DNA of 62,129 nt from an uncultured Methanosarcinaceae archaeon (GCA_963727895.1 CAVSHT010000018.1:1-62129); one strand, 5' to 3'. Shown: positions 32,406 through 44,708, counted from the stretch's first letter. The notes: a model not told the origin generated them from the letters alone. Program-made: numbers and translations.

Positions 32406-32810
32406 TTATGCTCCAGATTTTTCGTTATCTTCAACTTTATCTGTCATTTTATTTTCCTTTATATCATCGGCCTGGGTTTTTGAACCACAGCTGCTATTGC
32501 ATCTATTTTCAATACCTCTTGCACTTACGCAGATATCACAGATTCTTACTACAAAATCCGAGACATTGTTGTCTATCAGGTCCTGAGCGAGTTTTTCAAC
32601 TAATTCTTTTGTTTCGCCCTGAAACTCGATTCTGTATCCTCTTTTTCCCGAAATATACTGAGAAACTGCAGATGGTGCAATTCCGAGCAATTTTGCGGCT
32701 GCTGCCTGCGACTGCCCTTTTTTTACAAGTTCAATTGCAAGACTGGCTCTTATTGCAGGGACCAGATCCCACACAATCTTCTGACATGGAGTTTCCACAA
32801 TAATCATCAC
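32406..32810 (-). CDS. Archaeal HTH transcriptional regulator with Cys residues
   Basis: PC..IVW..VPAIRA.LA, SQAAAAKLLGIAPSAVSQYISGKRG HTH, ICDIC. Confidence 0.85.
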   Translation of the reverse strand: MMIIVETPCQKIVWDLVPAIRASLAIELVKKGQSQAAAAKLLGIAPSAVSQYISGKRGYRIEFQGETKELVEKLAQDLIDNNVSDFVVRICDICVSARGIENRCNSSCGSKTQADDIKENKMTDKVEDNEKSGA

Positions 32811-32820
32811 TTTTTGAGAT

Positions 32821-32834
32821 ATTACAATTGAGAA
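32821..32834. promoter_or_regulatory. Weak sulfur box (3 mismatches) at the regulator promoter
   Basis: ATTACAATTGAGAA between the minus-strand TATA (~32845..32860) and the start codon. Confidence 0.55.
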
Positions 32835-33000
32835 CGAATATACCTTATATACATATAAATTATTATCAGACTAAAAAATTCTGACATTTTTACATTAGTA
32901 TGGTTATTTGAAAAACGACATCTATATTTTTTAGTTGTCAAAATGACTCTTTAAAGGATTAGGCTAGAATTACTTACCGTTAAAAATTAGGGTAAAAGTC

Positions 33001-36000
33001 TCAGTGATATCCATTTACTCCAGTTTTTTCAAAAACTGTAGGATACTTCTCTTTTAATTGTGTGGCCTTGTCGTAAGCTCCCATAGAACGATAGAGTGCT
33101 GCGAGATTGTTTAGTGAATTTGCAACATCTGGGTGTTCAGGTCCCAGAACCTTTTCACGAATGTTAAGTGCTCTTTGAGAAAGTGGGAGTGCTTTGTCGT
33201 AAGAGCCCATAAAACGATAGAGTCCTGCGAGATTGTTTAGTGAATTTGCAACATCTGGGTGTTCAGGTCCTAAAACCTTTTCATAGATTTCCAGTGCCCT
33301 TTGAGAAAGTGGAAGTGCTTTCTCATAAGATCCAATATTATAATAGAGTCCTGCAAGATTGTTTAGGGTTGTTGCAACATCTGGGTGTTCAGGTCCCCAA
33401 ACATTTTCATAGATTTCCAGTGCCCTTTGAGAAAGTGGAAGTGCTTTTTCGTATTTTCCTACATTGTTATAAAGTAATGCGAGATTGTTTAGGGTTGATG
33501 CAACATCTGGGTGTTCAGGTCCCCAAACATTTTCATAGATTTCCAGTGCTCTTTGAGAAAGTGAGAGTGCTTTTTCGTATTCTCCCATATTGTTATAAAG
33601 TAATGCAAGATTGTTTAGGGTTGTTGCAACATTTGGGCGTTCAGGTCCCAGAACTTTTTCACTAATGTCAAGAGCCTTTTGATAAAGTGGAAGTGCTTTT
33701 TCGTATTCTCCCATATTGTCATAGAGTCCTGCAAGATTGTCTAGAGTTGTTGCAACATATGGGTGTTCAGGTCCCAGACAATTTTCTATTATATTCAGCG
33801 CTCTTTGATAAAGTGGAAGTGCTTTTTCGTATTCTCCCATATTGTCATAGAGTCCCACAAGATTGTTTAAGGTTGTTGCAACATATGGGTGTTCAGATCC
33901 CCAAACATTTTCATAGATTTCCAGTGCTCTTTGATAAAGTGGGAGTGCTTTTTCGTATTCTCCCATATTGTCATAGAGTCCTGCAAGGTTGTTTAGGGTT
34001 GTTGCAACAGATGAGTGCTCAGGTCCCCAAACATTTTCAATTATTTCCAGTGCCTTTTGATAAAGTGGGAGTGCTTTGTCGTAAGAGCCCATAAAACGAT
34101 AGAGTCCTGCGAGATCGTTTAGGATTGTTGCAACATCTGGGTGTTCAGGCCCAAGAACTTTCTTTCTTATATCCAGAGCGTGATTCAAAAACTGTTCACA
34201 GTCTTGGAAGCTTGCACGTTCATACAGATAGCAACCTGTAGAATTTAGCAATTTTGCAGCCTCTTCAGTCTCAATATCCCATTTTTTGAGATATTCTTCA
34301 CATGTTTGAATATGTGGAAGAAGCTTGTTACATAGTTCCCAATTTTCATACTCAGCTTCTGGAAATACACGGTTCAAAGCTTTAACAACACGTTCAGCCC
34401 AGAGTTTCTGTGTGTTTTCATTTATTCTATCTCTAATAACAGCTTGTACAAGGCGGTGAATGTCATACGTATAATTGTCTATATCACGAGTAATTAAGGA
34501 ATATTGTATAAGTGGTTCAAGAATTTCATCTAAAACTAGATGATCATTTTCAATATCTTCGAGAGCTGAAAACATTTTAGGTCCCAATTCTTTTGAACCT
34601 TTTATAAAAATATCAACTGGAATTTGAGAGGGACTGAGAAAAGCACTTACAAATAATATTTCCGCTGAAGCCTTTGAAATGTGTTCTACCTGTTCAAAGT
34701 TCAAAATCCATGTTGTAGCTACTGATTTTGGATATTTATTTGGTACAATTTGATATTTTTCCAGTAACTTCAATCCTCTTTTTTTGTAGCTTGAAAGATA
34801 ATCTTCAAAACTACATTCTATTTTTCGAATATAGGCTCCAGCTTGCTCAATTGCCAATGGCAGGTAATCAAGTTCATATGTAAGTTCGTCAAGTGCTTTA
34901 AGTTCTGAGGGCTTTAAGTTTTTACGTCCAGTACGCTTTATAAAAAACTCTCGAGCCTCGTCAGGGGTCATTTTTTCCATTTCAATCTGGTTTGTGATAT
35001 CTAATTCTTCAAAAAAATGTGCTCTTGAAGTTAGTAATACATGTCCTTTAGGATCAAAAAGCATTAAATTTTTTAGGACTGACGGTTCATCTGCATTGTC
35101 GAAAACCAGCAACCAGTTTTCGTTAGTTTTAAGCCAGTTTAATACAGCAGAAACTATAAGGTTCTGGTCAGAGTCGTTTTTCACAGGCAGATCTAATAAA
35201 TTTGCTATACTCACATAGCCTGAAATAACTGAATCTTCCGAATCAGCTGTTACCCATAATATATATTCATATTCAGAACAATAACTATAAGTGTATTCAA
35301 CCGCAGTTTGTGTTTTACCAATACCTCCAAGTCCGCATACTGCTATTGGTTGAGATACAGCAACTGAATTATCTGAAAGAAGAGTCTCATGGATTTGTTT
35401 TAATTTGTCTTCACGCCCTGTAAAACGAGTATTCCTTGAGTAGGGAACATTTGAAATTGTGGTTTTTGATTTCTGGTCATGCTTAGATGAAATATTAGAA
35501 TTAGAAGAAGAGTTTTCTTCATTTTTTCATCAAGAACAGCAGTTATTTCAGGTGGAAACTTCTCAGCACGGGGATGAACCACAACATCAGATTTGTTATC
35601 AATTATAATGGGAATTCTTTCTCCAACAATGACATCTAAAACAGGTTTATTCTTGTTTATAAAATTAGTAACATAATCTTCACGCACAAAGGAACCATAT
35701 AATTTAAAGTCCTCAGGACACAAATCAACTTTTAAACAGACCTTGTTAGAATCAACAAAATTGATTTTGGTATAGTTATGTAACCACCAGTAAACACTAT
35801 TCTCACGGGTTATAGAAAATATCTTTACAGTATTGATTTTTACACGTGTACTGCTTATATCAAGTTCATCAGCAAAACGTAGAAGTGAAGCAACCAGCTT
35901 TTTGCGACTATTAGGATCACCACTGAAATAATCAGGACAATCATTAATTGATAATTTAGAGTGGAATTTACATACATCCATTAAATCGTCCACAAGATCA

Positions 36001-36125
36001 AAAGGTATGCTTTTGATCCCATGAGACAACACTGGATCTTTTCATTCATATAAATAGTCAATCCAGGCTGCTGAAAGAAGATGATGATTCTTACGAATTT
36101 CTTTCTGTTGTTCAAAAGAATATTC
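33001..36125 (-). pseudogene. HD-like domain + NB-ARC NTPase + TPR protein, disrupted
   Basis: 42-aa TPR repeats (GPEHPDVA..LNNLA); upstream open frame with FTGRE and GLGGIGKT; frameshift ~35525; LLRFADELD HD-like motif; in-frame TGA ~36043; 5' end cut by IS. Confidence 0.8.
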
Positions 36126-36865
36126 GGCATTGTTACTTAACTAGATCTAGTTCTTTATTTCTGTATTTCATCAATAGAATAACCGAGTACTTTAGCATTT
36201 CAAGACTTTTTGTATAACACTTTGTCTTTCTTCTCAATCTTGCTAGAAAATGCCTCAATATGCTGTTATATCCCTCAACTGTAAATGTTTCTGCTTTTGA
36301 TTGAGTATGACTCTTTTCAGGAAGAAACTCTGCATATGCCCTCCAGTGATCTGTCATCACTTCTCCAATCTCTTTTTTCTTCACTTTTTCCCAGAGTAGT
36401 TTTCCAGTTTCCGTTCCTCTGCTACCAAAAGAGCAGTTGATGAACTTTTTCCCAACTCTATCAACAGCAATCCAGATCCAGCAATATTTTTTTTGTTACC
36501 GATGTAAGTGTGCATCTCATCCATTTCAACAATAGATATCTCATTTTCGCTTTTTAGGTCCTCTCACTCTTGATCAAATTTCTTGATCCGTCTTTGGACA
36601 GAAACATGACTCACCCCTAAAAACCGCCCTATTGAACGAAAACCCAATCCTTCAAGATAGAGTTGTAAAGCCTGTTTTTTGACAGAAGCAGAGATAGCAG
36701 TTGATTTTAACTCTACTATATAGTTATAGCCACAATCAGAGCATTTGTACCGTTGACGCCCGCCAACTATACCATTCTTTTTGTGACTGGAACTATTACA
36801 TCTGGGGCAGTTCATGCAGAAATATACTTTCTAATAGTATATAACTATATTTAAGTATCAATACC
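36126..36865 (-). mobile_element. IS1-family insertion sequence, premature stop in InsA-like ORF
   Basis: Same ends and length as the other copies; flanks GAATATTC and TTATTTTT do not match. Confidence 0.9.
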
Positions 36866-37163
36866 TTATTTTTATATATAAATAATTCTTGAAATCTCAA
36901 TGCTGTATATCTTCTCATTTCTCTATAGAGATGGCCCTTGATGAAAAATCAATCTTTTTTGGAGATGAAATATTTTACCAGAGTGGTGTGATAATCGGGG
37001 ATTTCTTTAATATCAATGACTATCAAAAAATGTATAATTGCATTTTTCTATTTTTCTTTAATTTTAGCTCTTATTTCTCAAATTTTGTTATTCATTTTGT
37101 CATTTAAGATTTACTATAAAGTACTCATAGAAATATAGAACATGTTCTCACATATTAAAAAAT

Positions 37164-37583
37164 TTATTTAATATCAGTCTCACTTTCTTTTTCAGCTTTT
37201 TTCTTTTCGGCTCTATGCTTATGGAGTGCCATTTCTATATTGCTGTGTAGGTCTTCTTCTTTAAAGGGTTTTGATATATATCCCGCAGGTTCTGTTGTTT
37301 TTGCCCTTTCCAAGGTCTCGTCATCAGTATATGCGGTGAGATATAGTACTGGAATTTGGAGCTTGTTTTTAATTTCAAGAGCAGCTTCAATTCCATCCAT
37401 TTCTCCTTTTAACATAATATCCATCAAAACAAGATCTGCATTTGTCAACTCTGCTTTTCTTATGGCTTCTTCTCCTGTAGATGCAGTACCTGGTACAGTA
37501 TAACCAAGATTCTTTAGTTTATTTCTTATATTAAGAGCCACGATATTCTGATCTTCAACAACCAGAATTTTTGCTTTTTTCAT
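37164..37583 (-). CDS. Single-domain response regulator
   Basis: ILVVED, LVLMDI, LTAY, KPF. Confidence 0.93.
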   Translation of the reverse strand: MKKAKILVVEDQNIVALNIRNKLKNLGYTVPGTASTGEEAIRKAELTNADLVLMDIMLKGEMDGIEAALEIKNKLQIPVLYLTAYTDDETLERAKTTEPAGYISKPFKEEDLHSNIEMALHKHRAEKKKAEKESETDIK

Positions 37584-37603
37584 TGAATCTCCCCTTTTGT
37601 ATA

Positions 37604-37810
37604 GGATAAGCCTCCGGATGATCAGTGGATTTCCTCACAATATTTTGAAAGTAGTCTATACACCTTTTTGAAGTTCAATCATTCTTTAACTTATTCTATA
37701 AAAATTTTTAAAAGTTATCAACTCAAAGGAACTAGTATTCCTGAATCAAAGCTTTCCGGAAAACCCAACCCATTATTCGAAACTACCAGTGAATATTGAC
37801 TACTTTTATC
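37604..37810 (-). pseudogene. Possible remnant of a histidine kinase HATPase C-terminus
   Basis: Minus-strand 'LVVSNNGLGFPESFD' and 'TTFKI' fragments just upstream of the response regulator. Confidence 0.4.
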
Positions 37811-38415
37811 AACTGAGCTATTTGAACCAATATTATTGGTGCTATTACTTATACTTTTATTCTCTAATCTATACTTTATTTCTTTACATTCTTCAGCCCT
37901 GTAAAATTTGATTCATATTTCTCTTTTCTGCTCTAGAAAAACATATGTCAAATAATTGGATACAAGCTTGGCTCTTATGAAAGTGGAGAAGCCATTATTA
38001 TTGAAAAGAAATGGATGGAAACATTCCATATACAAAAATAGAAAATATGGTCTGAGATTTACAAACTTACGATAAATTAGCAGGTAAAAATTAGACAATT
38101 ATTTAATACTATTCGTAACCAGTATTTTTCACATGTTTATATAGTATTCTATACATATGTTACTAATTTTATATATAAAGGATTCATTTTTTATATATAT
38201 TTTCCTTTTCAATTTTTTGTTTAACAATCTCTGGCTCACAGGATTATTTTTATAGATTTTAACTTTTAAGCCTATGATGTCTGATGTATCCAAAAAATCA
38301 TGATCAAAAGCTTTTTCATTTATTGCATACTTTTATGTTTGCAAAGCAAAAAATGTAAATATGGGAACTTTTTTACGAGCTTTCTGTAAGAGTTTTTGAT
38401 TAAGGGAGTATAAAA

Positions 38416-39399
38416 GTGTCTAAAATGACCTCAAACTCAGTTAAGAATGGAAACGGCAAGTACAAGGCTTCTACATACTTAAATGAGATAGCTTTATGCA
38501 ACGCTTTAGAGATGGCAAAGAAGCTTATCTCAGTAATAAATAAAGTTCCTGTCACGGTTTTTCTCTGGAAACCAGAAAAGTACTGGCCTGCTGAGTTTGT
38601 CTCTGAAAACATAAAGCAATTTGGATATACTACTGAAGAATTTACATCCGGGAAGCTTCTTTATGGTAATATCATACACCCTGATGACATGGAAATGGTC
38701 GAAAGGGAACTCTCAAGAAGAATAGAAGAAAATTATGTGGACTATTCTCAAGAGTATCGAATTCTGACAAAATCAGGAGAGATACGCTGGGTTGATGAAA
38801 GGACTTTCATTGAAGCCGATAAGAATGGAGTTGTAAAGTACCTTATGGGAATAGTCATGGATGTTACTGAGCGGAAGAGAAGAGAAAAGTTGCTCTATAT
38901 CCAGAGGGATCTTGGTATTGCACTAAGCTCTTCAAATTCCTTGATCGAAACTCTTGAAATATTGCTGGACTCCTGTCTCCAAATAGATGAAATCGATGCC
39001 GGAGGCATTTACATACTGGATGAAGAAACTGGAGACATGGATCTTGCCTTTCAACGCGGCTTTTCCCCTAATTTTGTCAAGTACGCCTCACATTACAGTG
39101 TGAATTCTCCTAATACAAGACTAATTATGATAGGGCAACCTGTCTACAAACAACATGTCGATCTTCTCCTAACATCAAGAGATGAAGCACTCAGACATGA
39201 AAGCCTCAGAGCTACTGCAATTATCCCCGTAAAATCAGGAAATGAGGTTATTGCAGCTTTTTATCTTGCTTCGAATATGGAATACGAAATTCCAGATAGT
39301 GTGCGTACTGCCATCGAAACCATTTCAACGCATTTTGGAGGTTTCATTTCCCGTATCCGCTTGGAAGATAAAATAAAAGAATATAAAAAGAAGAGTTAG
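38416..39399 (+). CDS. PAS + GAF sensor protein
   Basis: IIHPDD, EYRILTKSGEIRWV, DVTERKR; GAF-like C-terminal half; no kinase domain. Confidence 0.85.
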   Translation: MSKMTSNSVKNGNGKYKASTYLNEIALCNALEMAKKLISVINKVPVTVFLWKPEKYWPAEFVSENIKQFGYTTEEFTSGKLLYGNIIHPDDMEMVERELSRRIEENYVDYSQEYRILTKSGEIRWVDERTFIEADKNGVVKYLMGIVMDVTERKRREKLLYIQRDLGIALSSSNSLIETLEILLDSCLQIDEIDAGGIYILDEETGDMDLAFQRGFSPNFVKYASHYSVNSPNTRLIMIGQPVYKQHVDLLLTSRDEALRHESLRATAIIPVKSGNEVIAAFYLASNMEYEIPDSVRTAIETISTHFGGFISRIRLEDKIKEYKKKS

Positions 39400-39830
39400 T
39401 TATAAGGAAGAACGATATTTTTCCCTTTCTATTATTTTTAACTCTATTAAGTTATTTTTAAATTGTTTACTTTTGAATAATTCTAAGGAACGAAGACAGT
39501 TTTCAGTAGAATCCGAAAAAAATAAATATAAAATTCATGAAAACAAGGATTTTATTAGATATTTTCTCCTTTGAGATCTTCATCCTCCAAACTACTTCTA
39601 ATATAAATTATGTAACTATTATATTTATATTCCAGCTGAATGCATATATAAGTAAAATTTATAAATTTTGTTCCTTTAAATTATAAAGGGAAAGACAAAA
39701 TTGATCAAGGATTGGGTAATAATCTTAGGGGGTTATAAAAACTGTTATGGAGTAAGTATCCTATAACACTGATGTAAAACCCAATCAAAAAGAGTTTTAA
39801 CTTATAGTTATAAAATTGTTGGTGGGAATT

Positions 39831-40271
39831 ATGACAGAAGAGCTTGAAGATAAGATTTACGAGTACCTTTCAACCCATTACTACCTGAACCTTGCAACAG
39901 TAAGCCCGAAGGGAAGGCCAATGGCTCATACCCTAGCATATGTATCCAAAGGTTATGTTGTGTATATGGCAACTAATAAGAATACTCGAAAAGTCCAGAA
40001 TATTATGCAGAATCCTTATGTGGCATATACTGTTGATGAAGATGATCCTGACTGGTTTAATATGCAAGCCCTCCAAATTGAAGGCAAAGCATCAATAATT
40101 ACGGATGAAAAAGAGATGCGAGAAATTGGGGAAATATTGGTAGCCAAATTTCCGGTTGCTGCAGACATGCCACCTGACCCAGATGGTATCATGATAAAAA
40201 TTGAGCCAGAAGTCATCTATTATCTGGATTACAGCGTTGAGTTCGGGTATAGAAAACAGGTGAACCTCTAA
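39831..40271 (+). CDS. Pyridoxamine 5'-phosphate oxidase-like FMN-binding protein
   Basis: LATVSPKGRP, TRKVQNI..NPYV, IEGKA. Confidence 0.85.
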   Translation: MTEELEDKIYEYLSTHYYLNLATVSPKGRPMAHTLAYVSKGYVVYMATNKNTRKVQNIMQNPYVAYTVDEDDPDWFNMQALQIEGKASIITDEKEMREIGEILVAKFPVAADMPPDPDGIMIKIEPEVIYYLDYSVEFGYRKQVNL

Positions 40272-40349
40272 AACCATTGCTGTAAGCAAAAAACTTAATA
40301 AATTTATCAATAACTTTAGTATACTTATTTTATACCAATAGGAATTGGT

Positions 40350-40388
40350 TTGCTCCTTATTTTCGTGAAAACAAAAAATAAGGAGCAA
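40350..40388. terminator. Hairpin downstream of 39831..40271
   Basis: TTGCTCCTTATTTT...AAAATAAGGAGCAA. Confidence 0.45.
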
Positions 40389-40625
40389 TTTTAAATCTTA
40401 TTTTTAGATACTTTTGGGTAAAACAATAACTTGGAGAATTTCTACAGAACTAAATTCTTGAACTTTTATGTCTCTAGAGGATAAAATCATATTGGGAAAA
40501 GCTCATTCAAAGAACAACTGTTTGGTAAATATTCCTGAAATTAGAAGCTAAGATGTATCGATTATATAGATAATTATTTAGTATGTTAAAGCACTAACTT
40601 AACAAGAAAAATATAAAGAAAAACG

Positions 40626-43268
40626 TTGATCTCAATGACAAACAAAGGAAGTATGAGAGAAAAAACCCTTAAAGTAGAGAGGCTTGTAAGCTACCTTCTG
40701 CCAGTAGCTATATTCTGCCTGGCTTTGTGGACCTTGGATAAACAGGTCCATCATTTGCAATCGATGTATATTGTCAAGCATATTTCTAATACTCCCCTGA
40801 AACATATAGAACTTGCATTTTTTTTGACTTTCTTAAGCTATTTTGCTTTAACAGGTTACGATTACCTGGCATTTCGTCATATTAATTATTCTTTACCTTA
40901 TAAGCAGACTGCTAAGGCTTCTTTTATAAGCACGTCGATAAGTTATAGCATTGGATTTAATATCTTAACAGGCAGTTCTCTCAGATACAGATTATATTCA
41001 AAATATGGACTGGAATTGAGTCCGATATGGGAAATTATAGTTTTCTGCATTTCCACCTTCTGGATAGGTTTTTGTTTTGTTGGAGGACTTCTTTTTACAT
41101 TTTATCCCGTCAAGATCTCTAACTATGCACCCGAGATTCCTATCCAGCTAAACGTTGTTGGAATTCTGTTACTGCTATTCGTTGCTGTTTATTTTGTTTT
41201 CTCATTCAAGAAGCAAACTCTAAAAATTAAAAAATATAAAATAAGGATTCCTGAACCAAAAATAGCTTTTTTACAGCTTGCTTTATCTTCAGTAGATTAC
41301 CTGCTTTCAGGAAGCATTATCTATTTTCTTCTTCCATCAAATCCACAGCTTACCCTGCTACATGTACTCGTATTCTTTGCACTGGCACAGATCATAGGCC
41401 TTATAAGCACTGTACCTGGTGGGCTTGGAGTCTTTGAAACCCTCATGTTGTTTATGCTGGACCCTTATTTTTCCGTAGTTGACATAGTAAGACCGCTTCT
41501 TCTCTTTAGGGCAATCTACTATTTTGTTCCTTTCCTAATCGGGTTTTTGGCTCTTATTTTCTATGAATATGAAGAGAGAGAAGAATTACTTAAGAAAGTT
41601 GGAAAAGCTACGTATTTAAATATCTCAGAACTAGCACCTCAAATCTTTTCTGTCCTTACTTTTCTTGGAGGTATTTCTCTTCTTTTTTCCGGCGCCTTGC
41701 CTTCAAATCCCAGGTATCTTCATGATCTTACTTACTTTGTCCCTCTACCCATTATAGAAGTCTCCAGATTTTTTGGCAGCATAATGGGTGTATTACTGCT
41801 GATCCTTTCAAATGGACTCTGGAAAAGAATCGATGGAGCCTATATTATCTCTCTTGGCGTTCTTTTCATGGGCGGAATTTTTGCTCTCCTCAAAGATTTT
41901 GATTATGCTGAAGCTCTTATTCTTTTTGCTATATTTTTCTTTTTGCTTCCGTGCAGAAAATACTTTTACAGAAAATCCTCGCTTATGCACCAGTCGTTTA
42001 GCATAAAGAATATAATTGCTATAACTCTGGTGTTTGTAAGCTTTGTCTGGCTTGGTTTTTTTTCATACAGGAATGTAGAATATTCAAACGAATTATGGTG
42101 GCAGTTTGGTATTAATTCTCAAGCATCCAGCTTTTTAAGAGCGACAGTTGGAGTTTCCTTCATGTTGCTGATTTTCGGAACCGCAAAAATGCTAAGCCCC
42201 TTCTCAAATATTCAGAGACCAGGAAAAGAAGAAATTGAACTTGCAAAAACAATTCTCAATCAAAGTCCTGAAACATCTGGAAATCTTGTTTTTACAGGGG
42301 ATAAATACCTGCTCTTCGATGACGACAAAAAAGCTTTTTTGATGTATGGTATTTCCGGAAAAACATGGGTTGCAATGGGAGATATAGTTGGAGCCAGTGC
42401 TCAGGCAAAAGAGCTTATTTGGGATTTTTATGAAATGAGTAGACTAAACCAGGGATGGACTGCTTTTTATGAAGTGAGTGAAAAATATATTCCTGTCTAT
42501 CTTGACCTTGGCTTGACCTTGATAAAAATCGGGGAAGAGGCAAAGGTTCCCCTTGAGACTTTTACTCTGGAAGGAAGTGCAAACAAAGATTTCCGCTATA
42601 CAGTCAGGAATGTAGAAAAAAAAGGATACAGGTTTGAAATTGTCTCTCCTGAAGAAGTTATAGAACTTATGCCTGAGTTAAAACGGATTTCAGATGCCTG
42701 GCTGGAATTAAAAGCTGGAAAGGAAAAAAGATTCTCAATTGGATCTTTTGATAAAAAATATTTGAGCAATTTCCCGGTAGCCCTTGTCAGAAACGAAGCT
42801 GAAATCGTTGCCTTTGCAAATATATGGACCACAGAAGAGAAAGAAGAACTTAGCGTGGACCTCATGCGTCATAGTCCTGCTGCTCCTGACAGGACAATGG
42901 AATACCTTTTTGTCAAGCTTATGCTCTGGGGAAAAGAACAAGGTTACAAACGTTTTTCCCTTGGAATGGCTCCCCTTTCAGGACTTGAAAATCGACAGTT
43001 TGCCCCACTATGGAATAAAATTGGGTCTCTAATTTTTACTCATGGAGAGCACTTTTATAATTATAAAGGACTGCGAGATTTTAAAGAGAAATTCAATCCT
43101 GTATGGAGCCCTAAATATGTTGCACTTCCTAAAGGGTTCAAGCAGGGCGTTGCTTTAAAGGATATATCAACTCTTATTTTAGGAGGAATGAAAGGGATTT
43201 TCTCAAAAGAAAGCAAGGGTACAGCAAGTCATATAGGTCATCAGGTCCCGGAAAAAATTCCAGAGTAA
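40626..43268 (+). CDS. mprF: Bifunctional aminoacyl-phosphatidylglycerol flippase/synthase
   Basis: TGYDYLA, LRYRLYS, VPGGLGVFE, GDK, IGEEA, DLMR, LGMAPLSG, YNYKGLRDFKEKFNP.W. Confidence 0.93.
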   Translation: MISMTNKGSMREKTLKVERLVSYLLPVAIFCLALWTLDKQVHHLQSMYIVKHISNTPLKHIELAFFLTFLSYFALTGYDYLAFRHINYSLPYKQTAKASFISTSISYSIGFNILTGSSLRYRLYSKYGLELSPIWEIIVFCISTFWIGFCFVGGLLFTFYPVKISNYAPEIPIQLNVVGILLLLFVAVYFVFSFKKQTLKIKKYKIRIPEPKIAFLQLALSSVDYLLSGSIIYFLLPSNPQLTLLHVLVFFALAQIIGLISTVPGGLGVFETLMLFMLDPYFSVVDIVRPLLLFRAIYYFVPFLIGFLALIFYEYEEREELLKKVGKATYLNISELAPQIFSVLTFLGGISLLFSGALPSNPRYLHDLTYFVPLPIIEVSRFFGSIMGVLLLILSNGLWKRIDGAYIISLGVLFMGGIFALLKDFDYAEALILFAIFFFLLPCRKYFYRKSSLMHQSFSIKNIIAITLVFVSFVWLGFFSYRNVEYSNELWWQFGINSQASSFLRATVGVSFMLLIFGTAKMLSPFSNIQRPGKEEIELAKTILNQSPETSGNLVFTGDKYLLFDDDKKAFLMYGISGKTWVAMGDIVGASAQAKELIWDFYEMSRLNQGWTAFYEVSEKYIPVYLDLGLTLIKIGEEAKVPLETFTLEGSANKDFRYTVRNVEKKGYRFEIVSPEEVIELMPELKRISDAWLELKAGKEKRFSIGSFDKKYLSNFPVALVRNEAEIVAFANIWTTEEKEELSVDLMRHSPAAPDRTMEYLFVKLMLWGKEQGYKRFSLGMAPLSGLENRQFAPLWNKIGSLIFTHGEHFYNYKGLRDFKEKFNPVWSPKYVALPKGFKQGVALKDISTLILGGMKGIFSKESKGTASHIGHQVPEKIPE

Positions 43269-43678
43269 TTTTTCAAGTTTTTGCTGGATGGAGTTTTTAA
43301 ATAATCTGTTGGCTGAATCTCGGAATTAGTTTGTAATCAAAAATTAAATTGTTCACTCAAAATACGAGATTCAAAGAAATTTTAAGTTTTGAGAGTCTGG
43401 TTATTCGATCTCGAAGTGGAGGTTCTGTTGGAAATACCACATAACACGTATTCTTTCCATCTATAAGGTAGAAGTGCGCACTATAAGAGCTCTCCAACAT
43501 ACCACTTTATAGTGTTACAGAATTTCACGAAAATTACTCACTGGACTCAGATTAGAAATAAAATATCATTCTCAACACATGTAGGCGTTTAATTATCTCT
43601 TAAGCTGGCAACTCAATTTAGAGCTAACTTAGGGAAACCATCAGGCTGTAAACTTGTTAGAAGATGTAGATACGTCTA

Positions 43679-44553
43679 TTATTTAGAATTTAAATTAAAT
43701 GGCCTACTCAAGTTAATCGAATTGTATTTAGGGTTTTCAAAGATAAGTCTATAATGACCAATAGGCAAAGAAGTAGTATTATTTAGAGAAATTAAATAAT
43801 CTCCTGTTTCTAACGCATTACCAATCAAAGTACCATTAAACTGCGTACTAGTATTATTAGAATATAATATAACAGAGGAGATTTCCTTTAAACCATTTAA
43901 ATCATCACTTAATAGAGTAACAGACAATCCAGTATCAGGACCACCTATTTTGACAGGAATTGAATTCATATCACCCACAATGTACTCAGATTTAACGTTA
44001 GCTGAAATATGCCCATAAGTTACATTAGTATCCGAAGGTACTATTGAATATGCATCCAAGAGCGCCATAAAAGATAAAGTAAAACATAAACATATAATAG
44101 TCACAACATTAAGCACTTTAAGTATTAATTCATTCTCAACGTGAAACACTGAATCGTAATCCATGCCTTTAAACAAACAAATTAACCCAATACAACAGTT
44201 AAAATCGCGAAAGCGCCCATTAACTTCATAGAACCAAATTTATCAGGAATGGAAAAACCTAAAAGTCTCCAAAAGGCTCCAAATAAAACAAAAACAATGG
44301 CATAAACAAAAAAGAAATAACTCAAATTTAAAATAGGTAGAATCATATCTTGAGAATTGAATACATACCTGAAGAAAAACAATTTTAGCAGCAAGTGAAC
44401 TAGGTACAAAAATATACCTAACATTAAAATGCCAATCAGCGCAATGAAATAAATATGCCACTTTTCTAAATACAAGTAATAAGATTCTGGTAACGAAATT
44501 TTTTGGAAATAAGTGAATAGTTGCTGAAATGTTTCAACATCCAAAAATGACAT
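43679..44553 (-). CDS. Hypothetical membrane protein(s): two adjacent ORFs, possibly one frameshifted gene
   Basis: ORFs 44182..44553 and 43679..44176, both hydrophobic, 5 bp apart, different frames. Confidence 0.45.
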
Positions 44554-44708
44554 AATAAAAATTAATCAAATTTTATAGTAATAAGTCTTTTGTTTTTATT
44601 TTATTTCATTGTACAACTGCGAGCTTAAGTTTCATTTTGGTGATGTCAGACCAGAGACTATTTCAGTCATTTTCGTAAGTTTTTCCAGCAATAAAAACAT
44701 AAATTCCT

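Noticed and set aside
33240..34094. Repetitive plus-strand ORFs and other short antisense ORFs in the track
   Set aside because: Shadows of real genes, here the TPR repeats; no independent coding evidence.
43420..43530. Possible IS end (GGTTCTGTTGGAAA)
   Set aside because: No partner inverted repeat or transposase frame found.
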